NCBI RefSeq assembly: GCF_003918875.1
Contig: NW_025766780.1
Coordinates: forward strand, 3,348,001-3,412,000
Source: Haliotis rubra
Lineage: Eukaryota
Reading direction: 5' to 3'
DNA: 64,000 nt
Every line of letters starts with the position of its first letter. Positions within the stretch are counted from its first letter, which is position 1. Shown here in pieces: positions 50,422-62,768 of this stretch. The notes beneath the pieces are model-generated. The model was not told where the DNA came from. It did no database searches and saw only the letters and a list, made by a program, of their open reading frames with translations. The position numbers were made by a program, and so were the translations under genes.

Positions 50422-53400
50422 ATAGATACATAAAAACTATTTCACCGGTGTGTTGTGTTGTACAACGTAACAGCAGCTACAGAAAAGATTTCAGCATGTC
50501 GCGCCTTTCGTATGGAACTCTTTACCGCTCCAAATCAAACTTGCCCCAACCCGACTCTTTCAAGAAGGCCCTAAAGACGTTCCTTTTAACGAAAGCCTAC
50601 AACCGACCTTTCCACTTCTTCTGTAAATGGTTTTGATGAGTCATGAGCATTAACAATATTCCAACTATATGGCGGCGGCCTGTAAATAATCGAGTCCAGA
50701 TGCACATGATGCCATTCACTTAATTGTTTGGTTCAGGCTCGATTATGTACAGATCGCCGTCATTTAGCTCCCAAATTGCCGGGTTCCGTCAAGCACAAAA
50801 ACGGGGTGGAATAAAACAATGATTAAAAACCTGCCCCTGCATCTAACCAGGAAGACTTCGACTTGTACACGGCATAACATGACTGGTCATACTTTGTCCA
50901 TCCGTCAGGGCAAATAGAGGTAACTGAAACCAAAACTCACCATTAAAACAATGACTTGTTTGAAGACGAAAAAGTATTTGACCAGTGTTAAACGCAGCAT
51001 CAATCCACACAACGATGGTAAAGTGAAACAATGGATTTGAATAACATGCGATAACATATCAGCTGAGGTGTATCAATGTTCAAGACACTCACATTTATAA
51101 GAAGTAAGGTTAGTTTATCAATTATCGATTATAGATCCTGAGACCGTTGTCAAGCACTACTACCACTGAACAATATACACTGCAACAAATATGCTGCATT
51201 GTATTAGTTAAAGTAGTTGTCATCCATAATGTATCTTAACTTATTGTTATTCACGTACTTCTAAACTGCCAGTCAACCAGAGGTTAGTGTGTGTACAATA
51301 CATTACGAGTGAGTGAGTGGGTGAGTGGGTGGGTGAGTGAGTGAGTTACTAGTTAACGTCACATCGGCATTGTATCAGCCATATCGTGACGAGAACAATT
51401 TTGATGTTGATAAAGACTACGTGTATATTATAGAACCTGTCGTCAAAGGACAGTAAAACACCTAGGCTATCACAGTTAGATTAAAACTAGTATGTTAAGT
51501 TAAATCAAATAATTTTGGGACANNNNNNNNNNNNNNNNNNNNNNNNNNNNNNNNNNNNNNNNNNNNNNNNNNNNNNNNNNNNNNNNNNNNNNNNNNNNNN
51601 NNNNNNNNNNNNNNNNNNNNNNNNNNNNNNNNNNNNNNNNNNNNNNNNNNNNNNNNNNNNNNNNNNNNNNNNNNNNNNNNNNNNNNNNNNNNNNNNNNNN
51701 NNNNNNNNNNNNNNNNNNNNNNNNNNNNNNNNNNNNNNNNNNNNNNNNNNNNNNNNNACATAAAATAAAACATAAATAAAAATATAAAAAAAGGCTATAG
51801 ATCACCAACAACTGAAGGTAGATTACCATACTAGGGACCATGGGGACTTACAGTACTTTTGCTACCTGCATGAACCGCAGCTGGATTTACATCCCCTTCA
51901 GCTATTGGCAATTTGGACAATTCTAGACAGGTAGTGTGACATACATTTGGGATGAGTTTATGGTTTCGGATAATGCTGGATCAAATAAGCAACACGTAAC
52001 ACGTATATAACGTATCACTGCATGTCACGTTTTTTTTCAACATTTAAAAAAAAATTAAATTAATTTTGTAAATCTATTTATTTGTTCCCATAATTGAATA
52101 CAATCTTATAAAAAAAGCAGTAAATATACAAATACATGATCAAATTCATTGGGTTCAACAAAAATGTTAGATCAACTGATAGCATAAAGAGATTATAATC
52201 CATTAAAATTATTCCCCTTCGATTATAGATTACGTTCGAAAATAAAGGAAACCATTTGCCTGAAAATTTATCAAAATTATTGTTCCTTCTGGATATGAAA
52301 TTCTCAACCGTATTATTTAGAAGAATTTTTAAGAAATTATTAACTTTTGGAATTATTTTCTTCAAAGTGCAAGTATATATCATTTAGCAGATAAGATTAT
52401 ATGATTGAGTTGGCTTATTACCCAAAATTCCAAACCAAACCAAGATCTTTGTTATTTCAAATTTCTGTATGTTTTGGATTATCCAATTTTCAAGTTCCTT
52501 CCAGAAGGTTTGGGTTACAGCACATGCCCAATATACATGACTAAAGTTTCACTATAAACATTACAACAGCTACATAATACATTGTCAACAAGTTTCATTT
52601 TCATAAGCTCTTTTTTTTATATAAATAATTCTGTGCAAAAATATAAATTTAAAACCTAAATGTTTTACATCTTTCAAATTCTCTCTGCAAATATTGAAAA
52701 TCATACGCCATCAAAATCAATATCATAAAATACGTTTTCCCATTTAAGGCAAATATGAGGTTTAATATTGTTAGATAAGAGTTTATCATAAAATAATCTT
52801 GAACCTTTTTTCAAATCCATACAATTTTATGAAGAAAGTTATTATCCCCATCATTGTTATGTAAAACATCTTTCCAAGAAGGATTATCAATTTCAACAAT
52901 ATTCTGAAAGTTTGCTCCATATTATAGTATATCATTTAATGGAAAATTGCATGGATTACTCATATTTGTTTTTCTCAAATAGAGTCTGAGTGTAGAGGGT
53001 TTCCTGGCATTAACAAAGTTTTAATATCTGTCATGCGTAAACCCCCTTCTGTATAATCTTTTTTTAAAGCGCTCCGTTTAATTTTGTCATTTTTGTCATT
53101 CCAAATAAATCTGAAAAATAGTCTCTTAAGGGAAGTGATAAATTCATCAAGTGGGTTAGGTAAAGAATTGAAAATGTGAACCAATTTTGAAAGAGCCAAT
53201 GTTTTAATTACAGTGATTTTGCCAATCAGTGTCAGATGTCTTTTTCTCCATGTTGTCAGAAATCTATTAATTTCTTCATGTCTTTTTCTTGTGTTGATTA
53301 CCAATAATTCATTCAAATCAGGTGTGGATTTTATAAAATTCCTTTCTTTGCCATTCTATATTCAAATCTTCACAAATTATATCTCTGCTACCTGCATGTC

Positions 53401-53738
53401 ACGTTAATGAATGAGGAAAGGAAGAAGTTACGCTTGTCTCTAATATTTACCACTTTGGTGAAAGTCATTTGCGCATCTGTTATGCGGAGAAGAGTTCTAT
53501 TCTGGTCCATATGAACCAACTGACAATTTCTTGTAAACCACTTCTCTCACAGCAATGTCCCGGACACAATTTGGCCAACGTTCTTTGTCAATATGCTTGT
53601 ATACAAAATAATCAGACGGAGAAAACAAGATAAGTGAGTATTGTGCAAATCAAATGGTAACATGAATACCTGACTGTACCAACCTGTTGATGATAAATAG
53701 AACAGAAGGATTGATTTCAAGCAACTATTCAAAATCAT
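48770..53738 (-). CDS. Secreted C-type lectin B (perlucin-like), QPD/WHD
   Basis: Exons 53684-53738 (putative signal MILNSCLKSILLFYLSST), 50835-50923 (CPDGW..SCY..SWLDAG; needs a GC donor), 49918-50008 (YCREFGGHLATL), 49352-49562 (WVGASD..GQPD..NC..WHDTVC..YICE), 48770-48788. First and last exons are less certain. Confidence 0.78.
48976..49295 (-). mobile_element. LINE-like 3' end sharing its tail with the SINEs
   Basis: Minus strand ends ATATGGCTGTAATATTGCCGATGCGATGTCAAATTTTAA(CTCA)n. Second copy at ~51306-51910. Confidence 0.6.
50470..50605 (+). mobile_element. L2/CR1-type LINE 3' coding remnant
   Basis: FSMSR../WNSLP../FKKALKTFL motif string. Confidence 0.5.
51306..51910 (-). mobile_element. 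Second copy of the LINE-like 3' end, spanning an N gap
   Basis: CCATACTAGGGACCATGGGGACTTACAGTAC..TTGCTACCTGCATG shared with 49210-49255. Confidence 0.6.
52040..53330 (-). mobile_element. L1/Tx1-clade LINE ORF2 3' fragment, decayed
   Basis: WRKRHLTLIGKITVIKTLALSKL..FIWN..KIKR..L..DYTEGGL, followed by a decayed Cys/His knuckle (H.YW.C...FW). Confidence 0.8.
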
Positions 53739-54199
53739 TGCCGCTGTGATTGACGTTGACCATCCACGACAGATCAGCACCTTAATGCGAAACGTGAATT
53801 CAGATATTAAGGTGTGTCACCATATTTCCAGAGATAAGATAATATTTCCCTTACATAAATTTGGGTCGACATTTGGACCTAGGTAGAGCGTTGTCATTTT
53901 CAATTCTGTTCTACGGACACCTTAGGATTTGGTTTTTGCTCTAATGATAAGGGGACGCACCTGTGCATATGTATTTACGCAGTTCTGTACACGAGCATGT
54001 ACTCCTTCCTTTACATATGCCTGTACGTATTTCTGTACAGATGTATTTTGAAAGAGGCAATGCAAACTCACCCCGATTGTATGCAAATCCCATATTTCCT
54101 GATGTGGATATCATTATGTGAGTAAACAGTTTGTTAATAAATGACAACTGACTTAATTGCATCACATTACACATTACCATGAATTAAATTAAGCCACTA

Positions 54200-55700
54200 C
54201 GACACACGAAAACACGAGTCAGTGTTAAAACCTTTATTGCCGCGAATGAAATGTTGTTATGTGGAACACAATATGTTTCAAGGTATGGCAACAATCAACA
54301 GTACACAGTAACAGCGCACCTGACATATGCCAATGCGCCTTAACAGGAGATAGGGTTCACAAGCATGTTCAGTCAGTCTGCAGCGATTGTATGTACCTTC
54401 AGCATTAATCAGCACCTTCACCACCACGAGGTAAACAAATAATCGTCGATGTCCCGAGGAAGATCATTCCATATCCGATGATAGATTTGGTGTAGGTGTT
54501 TCAGGATTCGGATGAGGTCGTTAACGTTGTACAATTTCATCCCAGACGTGTTCAAAGAGTGACACATAAGGGGATCTTTCAGACCAAGATAGCGCATTAA
54601 CATTGTTCTAATATAGATGCTGCCGTACAACCAGAGCAACATGTGTCCCCGTTTTTTGCAAAAAAACGGTAAAGTGGCCATTTGCAAAACCTCTTCTCGA
54701 AACCTCAGATCAATGAAGTTCCCCTCAATCACAATCATTGGCTGCAGCTGTTCTCCCACCCAAGATTATAACGCCCCCACCTCCAAAGTAACCCCTTCCA
54801 GAACACATAGCCTGATGTTACGTTCACTTGTGCACCTGTAGACAAGTACCCTGTTGTCAGCTCGTTGAACAGGTAAACATGACTCATCGGTGAGAAAACT
54901 CTTCTCCACACGCATGCTCCCCGTCACAAGGTGGACATTGATGACGTCGACGTGGACTGGGCGTCTTGAACGGATGCCGTTGAACTATTCTCGTTGATAC
55001 AGTTATGTTATCATGTAGGGTAAGGCTCTAAGGGTTGCGGCCAGGTTCGGTTCATAGGTCCTGACTTTGCGTTGTTACTCGTGGATGGTCACACGACGGG
55101 TGGTGGTGGTGGAATTGGGTTTAACGTCGTGCTTGAGAATATTTCGCTCATATGACGACGTGCATGCATGCGTGTGTATGTGTATGTGAGCGGCTGCTTG
55201 TACTAGCCCAGAATGAAGCTGGTTTTATAGTGCTAGCCCACTGAGATAACCATGCCGCACTCAGACACATTATACTGACTCCTAGCCGACCAGTCCTTGT
55301 TGTACCCATTAATGCCGAGCGCCAGGCAAGGACCAACAAGTACCATATTTTAACGTCTTTTGGTATAACGCGGTCGGGGATCGAACCCGTGACCTTCCGC
55401 ACTCCGGGCGGACGCTCTAACCACTACACCACGGAGGCGGTCGGTCACGACGGGATGGTCTATAACTTCAGTGTTTACCTGTACACGTCGTTCTATAAGC
55501 GCCAAATGTTTTTTCAGTGGAACAAACTTAAAGTTCCGAATATGTCCAAGCGGCATGTTGAACTTACCGATGAATAGAGGACGAATGCGCCATGCTTTAT
55601 AATGCACAAGGTTACGCTTATTTTACTTTCAGAAGGTTATGTATGGTCGGAACAGATTTTGTACCGTAGTCACAGCTTTCAAACCCTGTTAAACTATACA
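54200..55700 (-). mobile_element. Decayed Tc1 element interrupted by a SINE
   Basis: Remnants VFSPMSH/LTDES-like, GGGGVI, RIWNDLP. Confidence 0.55.
55101..55445 (-). mobile_element. tRNA-headed Meta/MESC-core SINE
   Basis: A box TGGTGTAGTGG, B box GGTTCGATCC, core GACGTTAAAATATGGTACTTG..CTTGCCTGGCGCTCGGCATTAA. Flanked by a CACGACGGG direct repeat (TSD). Confidence 0.8.
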
Positions 55701-55923
55701 AGTAATTAAATGCTAGTTTGGGATTTTCTAGAATTTACTTTGCCGGCTGTACCACAGTTTATTGTCATGATGGGTACAGGGAACGAATAGGAAAATGGTG
55801 ACTTAGGTCACCTCATGTGGAGTCTGCTCCATTAAATGTGAAAACATGAGCACTGTGATTGACCACCAACGAGTTTAATTTCACTTTTCACACAATATTA
55901 TGATGTTTCGGTCGCCAGGTTGT

Positions 55924-58900
55924 TCATCCGATGACAGGTAAGCCACCATCCAAACTGAAAAAAACCCAAAGCATAAAAGAGGATTAGAGTAGACCTCTCA
56001 TATATACTCAGTAAAATAGCTGAGCGCCACCAAATGTTTGAAACATTAGCCACACCGGAAAGACATACCATGAGGAAGTTTCATAGAAAGCAATATGGGA
56101 TTGAATAAGATGCATATCAGAAGTAACCAAGGCACATGAGGATTTCCTTGATGGAATTCATGTCCAAGAAGATCCAACAGGTGGAGCATAGTTGGGCATA
56201 GTTGGCTTAGCGTTCCTCTCACGGTCAACAGATCAAGGTTGCATGTATTATATTTTGTTCATGTTGCCTCAAGTAAATACTGCTGATGTAACAAAAAAAA
56301 CCACCCCACACACCCCAATCCAAACTGATCATCCACCATCTTGGGGGATAGCTTGAAAATGGCAAAGGGCAAATCGGCTCTTTCCTGGTCTCCAAACTCT
56401 GGAACTTGACCGTCAGCAGCCCTCACTCAACGGACCAATGGGTCCTTCTTTACGAAGCCCGGTTCCCTGCGTCACGTCAATCACCTGGGCATATCTACGA
56501 GAACGAACGGTTCCTAACAATTCTGGAGGGACAATCGTTTGTTAGTATTCCATTGTGTAGGTCCACTGATGAAGGGGTTTATTATCCAATCAATAAATAT
56601 TAAACATTTGCTTCCTCCGATAGAACAAATATAGAGATCAAATTTAATTTTTAAAAATGGGTGTGTGGGTGTACCAATTCCAAGTCAATTCCACGTCTTC
56701 AGGACCTTGGACGACCTTTGATGACATTAGTTAGGACCAAGTGCACCCTTGGGAACCGTAGGAACCGTTTGGACGGCCTTTGATGACATTAGTTAGGACC
56801 AAGTGCACCCCTGGCAACCGTGGGAACCGCTGGGACGGCCTTTGATGACATTAGTTAGGACCAAGTGCACCCCTGGGAACCGTAGAAACCGCTTGGACGG
56901 CCTTTGATGACATTAGTTAGGACCAAGTGCACCCCTGGGAACCGTAGGAACCGTTTGGACGGCCTTTGATGACATTAGTTAGGACCAAGTGCACCCTTGG
57001 GAACCGTAGGAACCGATTGGACGACCTTTGATGACATTAGTTAGGACCAAGTGCACCCTTGGGAACCGTAGGAACCGATTGGACGGCCTTTGATGACATT
57101 AGTTAGGACCAAGTGCACCCTTGGGAACCGTAGGAACCGCTTGGACGACCTTTGATGACATTAGTTAGGACCAAGTGCACCCCTGGGAACCGTAGGAACC
57201 GTTTGCAGGCAGCAGTGCATTACATTGCGGATTGAAACGTTTACGACTGTCGCACTGCTTTTTAACATCATTCACAATGTCATCTATTTTCAGTTTCTAT
57301 TTCAGTCCTAAATATTATTCACATTTGATTTAGATGGCGTTTAACGCTTTACTAAGTATATGTTGACACACTACTAGAACACATAAGAACAAACATCAGC
57401 AATATTTACTAAAGGCAATTTCAACAAAATATGATGCATGAAACTATCGATAAATTACAATTAAGTGACAAGCTGGTTCGGAAATGTTTACCTGAGTGGT
57501 TTAAACAAAATCACTCAATTAAGATCTTGACAGTAAAGATGAAGTGTTAACACAAACACCCTCAAACCGAAATTGCTTGACCAATATTGTACATGTTAAT
57601 GTCAATGGATATTGGTATTAGTTACGAGAAAGGTTACGTGTCGTAACCACACGTGAATACGAAGACCTGTTTATTTGAAGACTTTCTATCATTTTTTAAC
57701 TAATAACCAGGAAGTAATGTAAAGGGTACGTACGGTTTTTCACACAGATAGGAGTACTTTAGGGTACAGGCGTCATCGGAAAACGTGTGGTCTTGCCTAC
57801 CAAACAACATGACACAATCTTCCTGTGTTGTTGCTTGGTTTGGCTCGTTTTTCCCCCAAGGGAGGTAAGTGGCTTTCTGTCGCGTGGATTCCCACACAAA
57901 CTCGCCTTCTTCTCGTATGTCAGAAAGTCCGATCCAAACATTGTCAGTTTCTGGAAAAAATGTTTCGCATACTTTCACCACAAAACTGGCTTTCTTGGGG
58001 CATATAATGCAATTTGTATATCCGATGGCTCTATTACTATGAAACTGGAACAAATGCTCAACAATGATAAAACTGCTTGTATATCTAATGCGATGTTGTG
58101 CTTCATACAAATAGGACACACATGGGTAGCGTACAATATTTACGCTTACATCATTTTAAAACATCAAATATCTGTGGGTGTACTTTTACATTCGTGTAGG
58201 CTTAATCGTTTGATTCCTTGGGACCTTGGGTTGGAACATATCGGTAGTCCAAAGTTCCAGCAACAAACATCCACAGTGGTATCATTTTGCCATTGTGATA
58301 AAATAGAAACATTCACTTCGGGGGTAAATACTTACTAAGAACGTTGAATACTTCCATCATATCACGTATACGGTTGTTTTCAGCTTTGGTCTCAAATGAA
58401 GCAAGAAATGCATCATGTTTCTCACACTCAAACTGAAAACAAATCACATCAGGTCGGTTTCATAGCAATAAAAAATAAGCTTCCATGCCCTGCCACGGGG
58501 CACATTAAGGTGTTGCATGTTCTTCGAGAAAGACATAGGATCTGATATAAACTATGTCTTAGGCGTTAAGAAGAGAAATGCACTATGTCATAAAATATGT
58601 AAAAAAGATATTTGAGACTCAGTCTTGATGCGTATGAAATCAGATTCTTAGGTTTCCATCATACAGCTGCAGTATTTTCTAATAAACCTTTTCGTGACAA
58701 ATTAGATTACAAAGCTCAGGGGCAGTAATTCTAGAAAAATAAAAACAGTTATGTCACTTATTGTCTCCAATAAGCTTGCAAACTTTCATATATCTAAACA
58801 AACTAAAAACAAACTTGTTACAAAAGTAATTATGGAAAAACAATGTATGTAACTTATTGTCGAAGTTCAAAAGTTGTAAATTTCAAAACTGTAAAAATAC

Positions 58901-59394
58901 CCTCGAATATAATTTTCGAATTCGTTTGAGATCGCGTCCAGTAACATCAGCATGTAAAATTTAATTTCTCTAATTAAAGTAGTTTTAAAGAACGTGGTCG
59001 TTACTGTGTTACGGGCGAACCTCGTGGCGGGCGATAACAAAGCATTGATGTGCAGGTCAACACATGAAGTTTGATTGTGAAACAAAACACACAAGTTGAC
59101 TTGGATAAACTGCACCTATTACACAAATTTCAAACTTTAACGTGATGCAGATGTAGATAAATAAACTTATTATTAACAATCATCCAAGTCATACATCATT
59201 GCTATCTGGAAAGGAGACATGGCAAATTGTTGATACATCCCCAAAACATTCAACACATTATTAATTACATCGTTTGTATGTATAATCACACCAGAAACTT
59301 ACCACAGCCTCTGGCCACGCCTGATGGGTGTTTCTGAACAGTCGATAGCAAGAAGAGTCATATGTAATCCAACCATTTGGACACTTGGCAGACA
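55924..59394 (-). CDS. C-type lectin C (perlucin-like), EPN/FSD; first exon not confidently found
   Basis: Exons 59303-59394 (CPNGW..SCY..WPEAV), 58336-58432 (ECEKHDAFLASFET.AEN), 57734-57950 (WIGLSD..NEPN..EDC..FSDDAC..YLCE), 55924-55954 (LDGGLPVIG*). All in phase. Confidence 0.82.
56709..57204. repeat. Intronic minisatellite, 62-bp unit, 8 copies
   Basis: GGACGGCCTTTGATGACATTAGTTAGGACCAAGTGCACCCCTGGGAACCGTAGGAACCGTTT. Confidence 0.95.
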
Positions 59395-60968
59395 CTGTGG
59401 AAACGTAAGCAGGTCTTGGGAAAGAGGTAATCGAATCGTAGAAATTGATGCTTGCATTTTTTCAAAGGTATTGCATTGGGGTGTAAGGTGTTGATTTACC
59501 AACTCTTTATGAAAATAGTTAAAAATGAACCATAATTTCACCATATGTCTCCTTAACTATATGCAGGCGCTACTCCGTTACACACATCACTCTAAGCTGG
59601 CATACCTGGGGTAATTGAGATAATCACAAGAAGGAATAACGTCGGCACAATCATATTCACGGCTCTTTTCGTTGGGATTTATGAACCCATTCAAGATACA
59701 GTCTAATTTATATGAAAAGGCTAGGTTCTTACCCTTCACGTGACCAAATATCTCTTGTCGCCTCCTGTTACCCTGAGAACAGTTCCCAGATACACTGGCT
59801 TAGACAACGGCTATCACAACGAAGGACGATTTAAGAAATTGATGATGAAATGTTAAACCGGTTTTATGGGCAAATAGACAAGGCGGAGGTGGGACTCGCG
59901 ACAGTCACATACCCCAAAACAGTCAGCTAGATCATATCATATTGTGTAAAATGAATGAAAAGCGCTTCTTTTCGCAATTCACTAATTATAGCGGCTAGAC
60001 GTAGACAAGGCATGATCAGCAGATCATGGAGGAGACGCTCTCGTAGATTGTATAGCTTTACAAGACAAACACCTTACTCCTAAACACAGAAACTAGAATA
60101 CAGGGACAGAACGCAAACTACAACGAAGAAGGTCACTATACAAATGAGCCAAGGACATGACGGAATTATATCCCGTGTGGCTTCTAACTTAACATGATTT
60201 GACTTCACTTCGAGGCATCCGGCTTCAGCTCAACAAATCCTGAGACCTGCTCAATAATGGTCAAGATACACGATGTTGCCACGTGTCTATACCACGTGAC
60301 ACAACAATGCCCCGCTGATAAAGCAGAACAAACGTCACATTTCTTGAAAGTCACATTGAACGTCAGTTAAAGGAGGTCGGATCTGTCAGATCAGAGGTCG
60401 ATTTGGTCTCTTCATAAGAACCAGATGTACTTATTATCTCAACGTGTCTAAAATAGATTAAGTTACTCCCATAAGCTACACCCTAGATCAAATGGCCTTG
60501 TAACCCGACTTTGTGACGCCTACAAATCTCTCACTTATGGTGTAATGTCCATGTTGTTTTACAATGCTTCACACCCTAAAACTTTGATAATTCCTCCAGC
60601 AACAGATATGCGAGCACACATGTCCACTCTCTTATATCTCAATGCATAGAAATGGACAGACTGACAAATCATGGGACATACACTCCGCTACCGTGTTGAA
60701 ATAACGTGTCCATGTGGCCACCCCCATTGGTAAAGTATATGTTCTAAGATAAATAATACAAACTGGACAATGTACTTTTCCTTTGAAATGGCATGTGACC
60801 ATACGTCTTTATGAATTACGACATGTTATTTGAGAAAAACCAGATCTATTAAATGTTTTCATAATATTTGATATGTCAAATATCAATGTGGTGTAGTTTC
60901 ACGTAGATATTAGATCTCTAATACACACAAGATATTCAAAGCATATGTCATATTTTGATCCATAACTA

Positions 60969-62768
60969 TACCCCTCGTCAATAGTATCGCAGCACACATT
61001 TTAAAGTCAGATTAGAAAATATAATTGTCGGTTTTTGAAACTACAAGTACATGTTATTATGCTACACCATCTGTGAATATAATAACACGAACACACACTG
61101 TTCCGAGCTGCACGTGCATGCTTGCGTTGAGCATGCTTGTTCCGGGGGTGGGTTTGCTAAAAATGCAGTATGCACATAGCCTCTCTTACGCTGGCAGACA
61201 CAGCTAAAATTCGATTTTGTCATAGATTAAGCTTTATTTTGACCAACCAGTGAAATGCCGAAGCGTCCAGTACCTCTGAACCAAAGATGGCAAATTATTG
61301 ATATGCACCAGAGTGGTATGTCATGTCGTGCTATTGAAGCACAACCGAACATTATTCACAGTGTCATCAGCAGGCCAATACGTCGGCATACTACTTCCGG
61401 TGAAGTGAAGGATGCACAGACGTCTGGACGTCCCAGAAAAACCAATGACAGGGAAGATCGTGCTCTCGAACGCCAAACCAGACGAAGCCTAAAGTCTACT
61501 TGTACATAGCTGCGACATGGATGGCATCCATACAACAGAGTATCCATCAGCACCATCAGGCGACGCCTAAATTCTGCAGGATTGAGAACAAGACGACCAA
61601 TCAGACGTCCACTCCTCACAAATGAGCACCGCCATGCTTGTTTAGCTTGGTGCCAAGCACGTGCTCGCTGGAACCTGAGGACATATGGAGACGGATCCAC
61701 TGGTCCGATGAAAACAGATTTTTGCTGCATCACACAGACGGGAGGGCACGAGAGGCACAGCATATGATCAGAGGAACATTCAAGCTGATGTTTCATTTGG
61801 AGTTGGATCTGTCATTGTGTCACAGTTCCCGGAACTCCAAATGGACAGAGGTACCGGAACTTGATCCTGGACGGTGCTGTTGTGCCTCATTTCGATAACC
61901 ATCCTCTCGCCACACGTCCAGTCTTCATGGACGATAATGCCAGACAACATCGTGCTCGAGCTGTTGTTCAGCTTCTCGAACACAACGCCATTGAGACACT
62001 ACCATGGTCAGCCAGAAGTCCAGACATGAATCCTATTGAGCATTTGTGGGACATTTTGGGACGTACTTCTTTGATGGTCATTTTAGAAGTTGAGTGGATG
62101 AAGAATAATGACAATTATTATGTATATACCATTTCTTTTATTCTGTGGAGGCTATCGTTTCGACATAGGTTCTAATGTCACCACTTGCTTGACAACGACA
62201 TTAGAACCTATGCCGAAACGTCGCCTCCACAGAATAAAAGAAGTTGTATATCCATAATAATTGTCATTATTCTTCATTTTGGGACGTAGTATGAGAGCAA
62301 GGGACCATACAGTTCAGGAATTGACCCATGCATTGCATGATGAGTGGCAGCAGATACCCCAACAGAGAATCAGACGTCTGGTGACCAGCGTGAGACGGCG
62401 TGTAGAAAATGTTATCCAAGTGCGAGGCGGTAACACCAGATACTGAGTTGGCCTGTCATTGTGGACCTTACTAGTGTGTTCGACCTTAATGAAATGTGAA
62501 CTGTGTTGTGTGTCTGCTGTAACGGCCTCGGCAGCCATACTAATTTCATCTTATTTTACGGCGACATTTGTGAACTTTAGTTTGCTACAATTAAACCCTC
62601 AATTAGTGCTCAAATTCGGTCTTGTGTTGTCAATTTTCTGACTGAACGCTCACATGAGGCCATCTAAACAGTTTAATGTGCTTTTCTAAGCGTCGTGTTT
62701 ATGAAGTTGAAGATTCCGTTTTACTTAGTGAAAAAAAGTGGGTTGTGCGATATTTATGACGAGGTACA
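60969..62768 (+). mobile_element. Tc1 transposon, disrupted and carrying a PLE insertion
   Basis: Imperfect TIRs CCTCGTCAATAGTATCGCA / TGCGATATTTATGACGAGG. Transposase 61255-62446 (SGRPRKT, WSDENRF, DDNARQH, SPDMNPIEHLWD, GGNTRY). Confidence 0.88.
62066..62274. mobile_element. 209-bp ORF-less Penelope-type insertion: inverted pLTR pair with hammerhead-like motif
   Basis: 14-bp TSD CATTTTGGGACGTA (62052-62065, 62275-62288) and ~85-bp inverted arms. Core TGC-TTGACAA-C-GACAT(TAGAACCT)ATGCC-GAAACGTC-GC. The tail is on the left arm only. Confidence 0.85.

Noticed and set aside
51495-51841. ORFs containing X runs
   Set aside because: Artefacts of the N gap.
56709-57204. Hammerhead motif in the 62-bp repeat (TTTGATGA...GGAAC)
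   Set aside because: No GAAA-stem III-NUH arrangement, and U3 with G8 is uncompensated.
57787-58338. 183-aa plus-strand ORF
   Set aside because: Antisense to a lectin C exon and its intron, with no recognisable domain.
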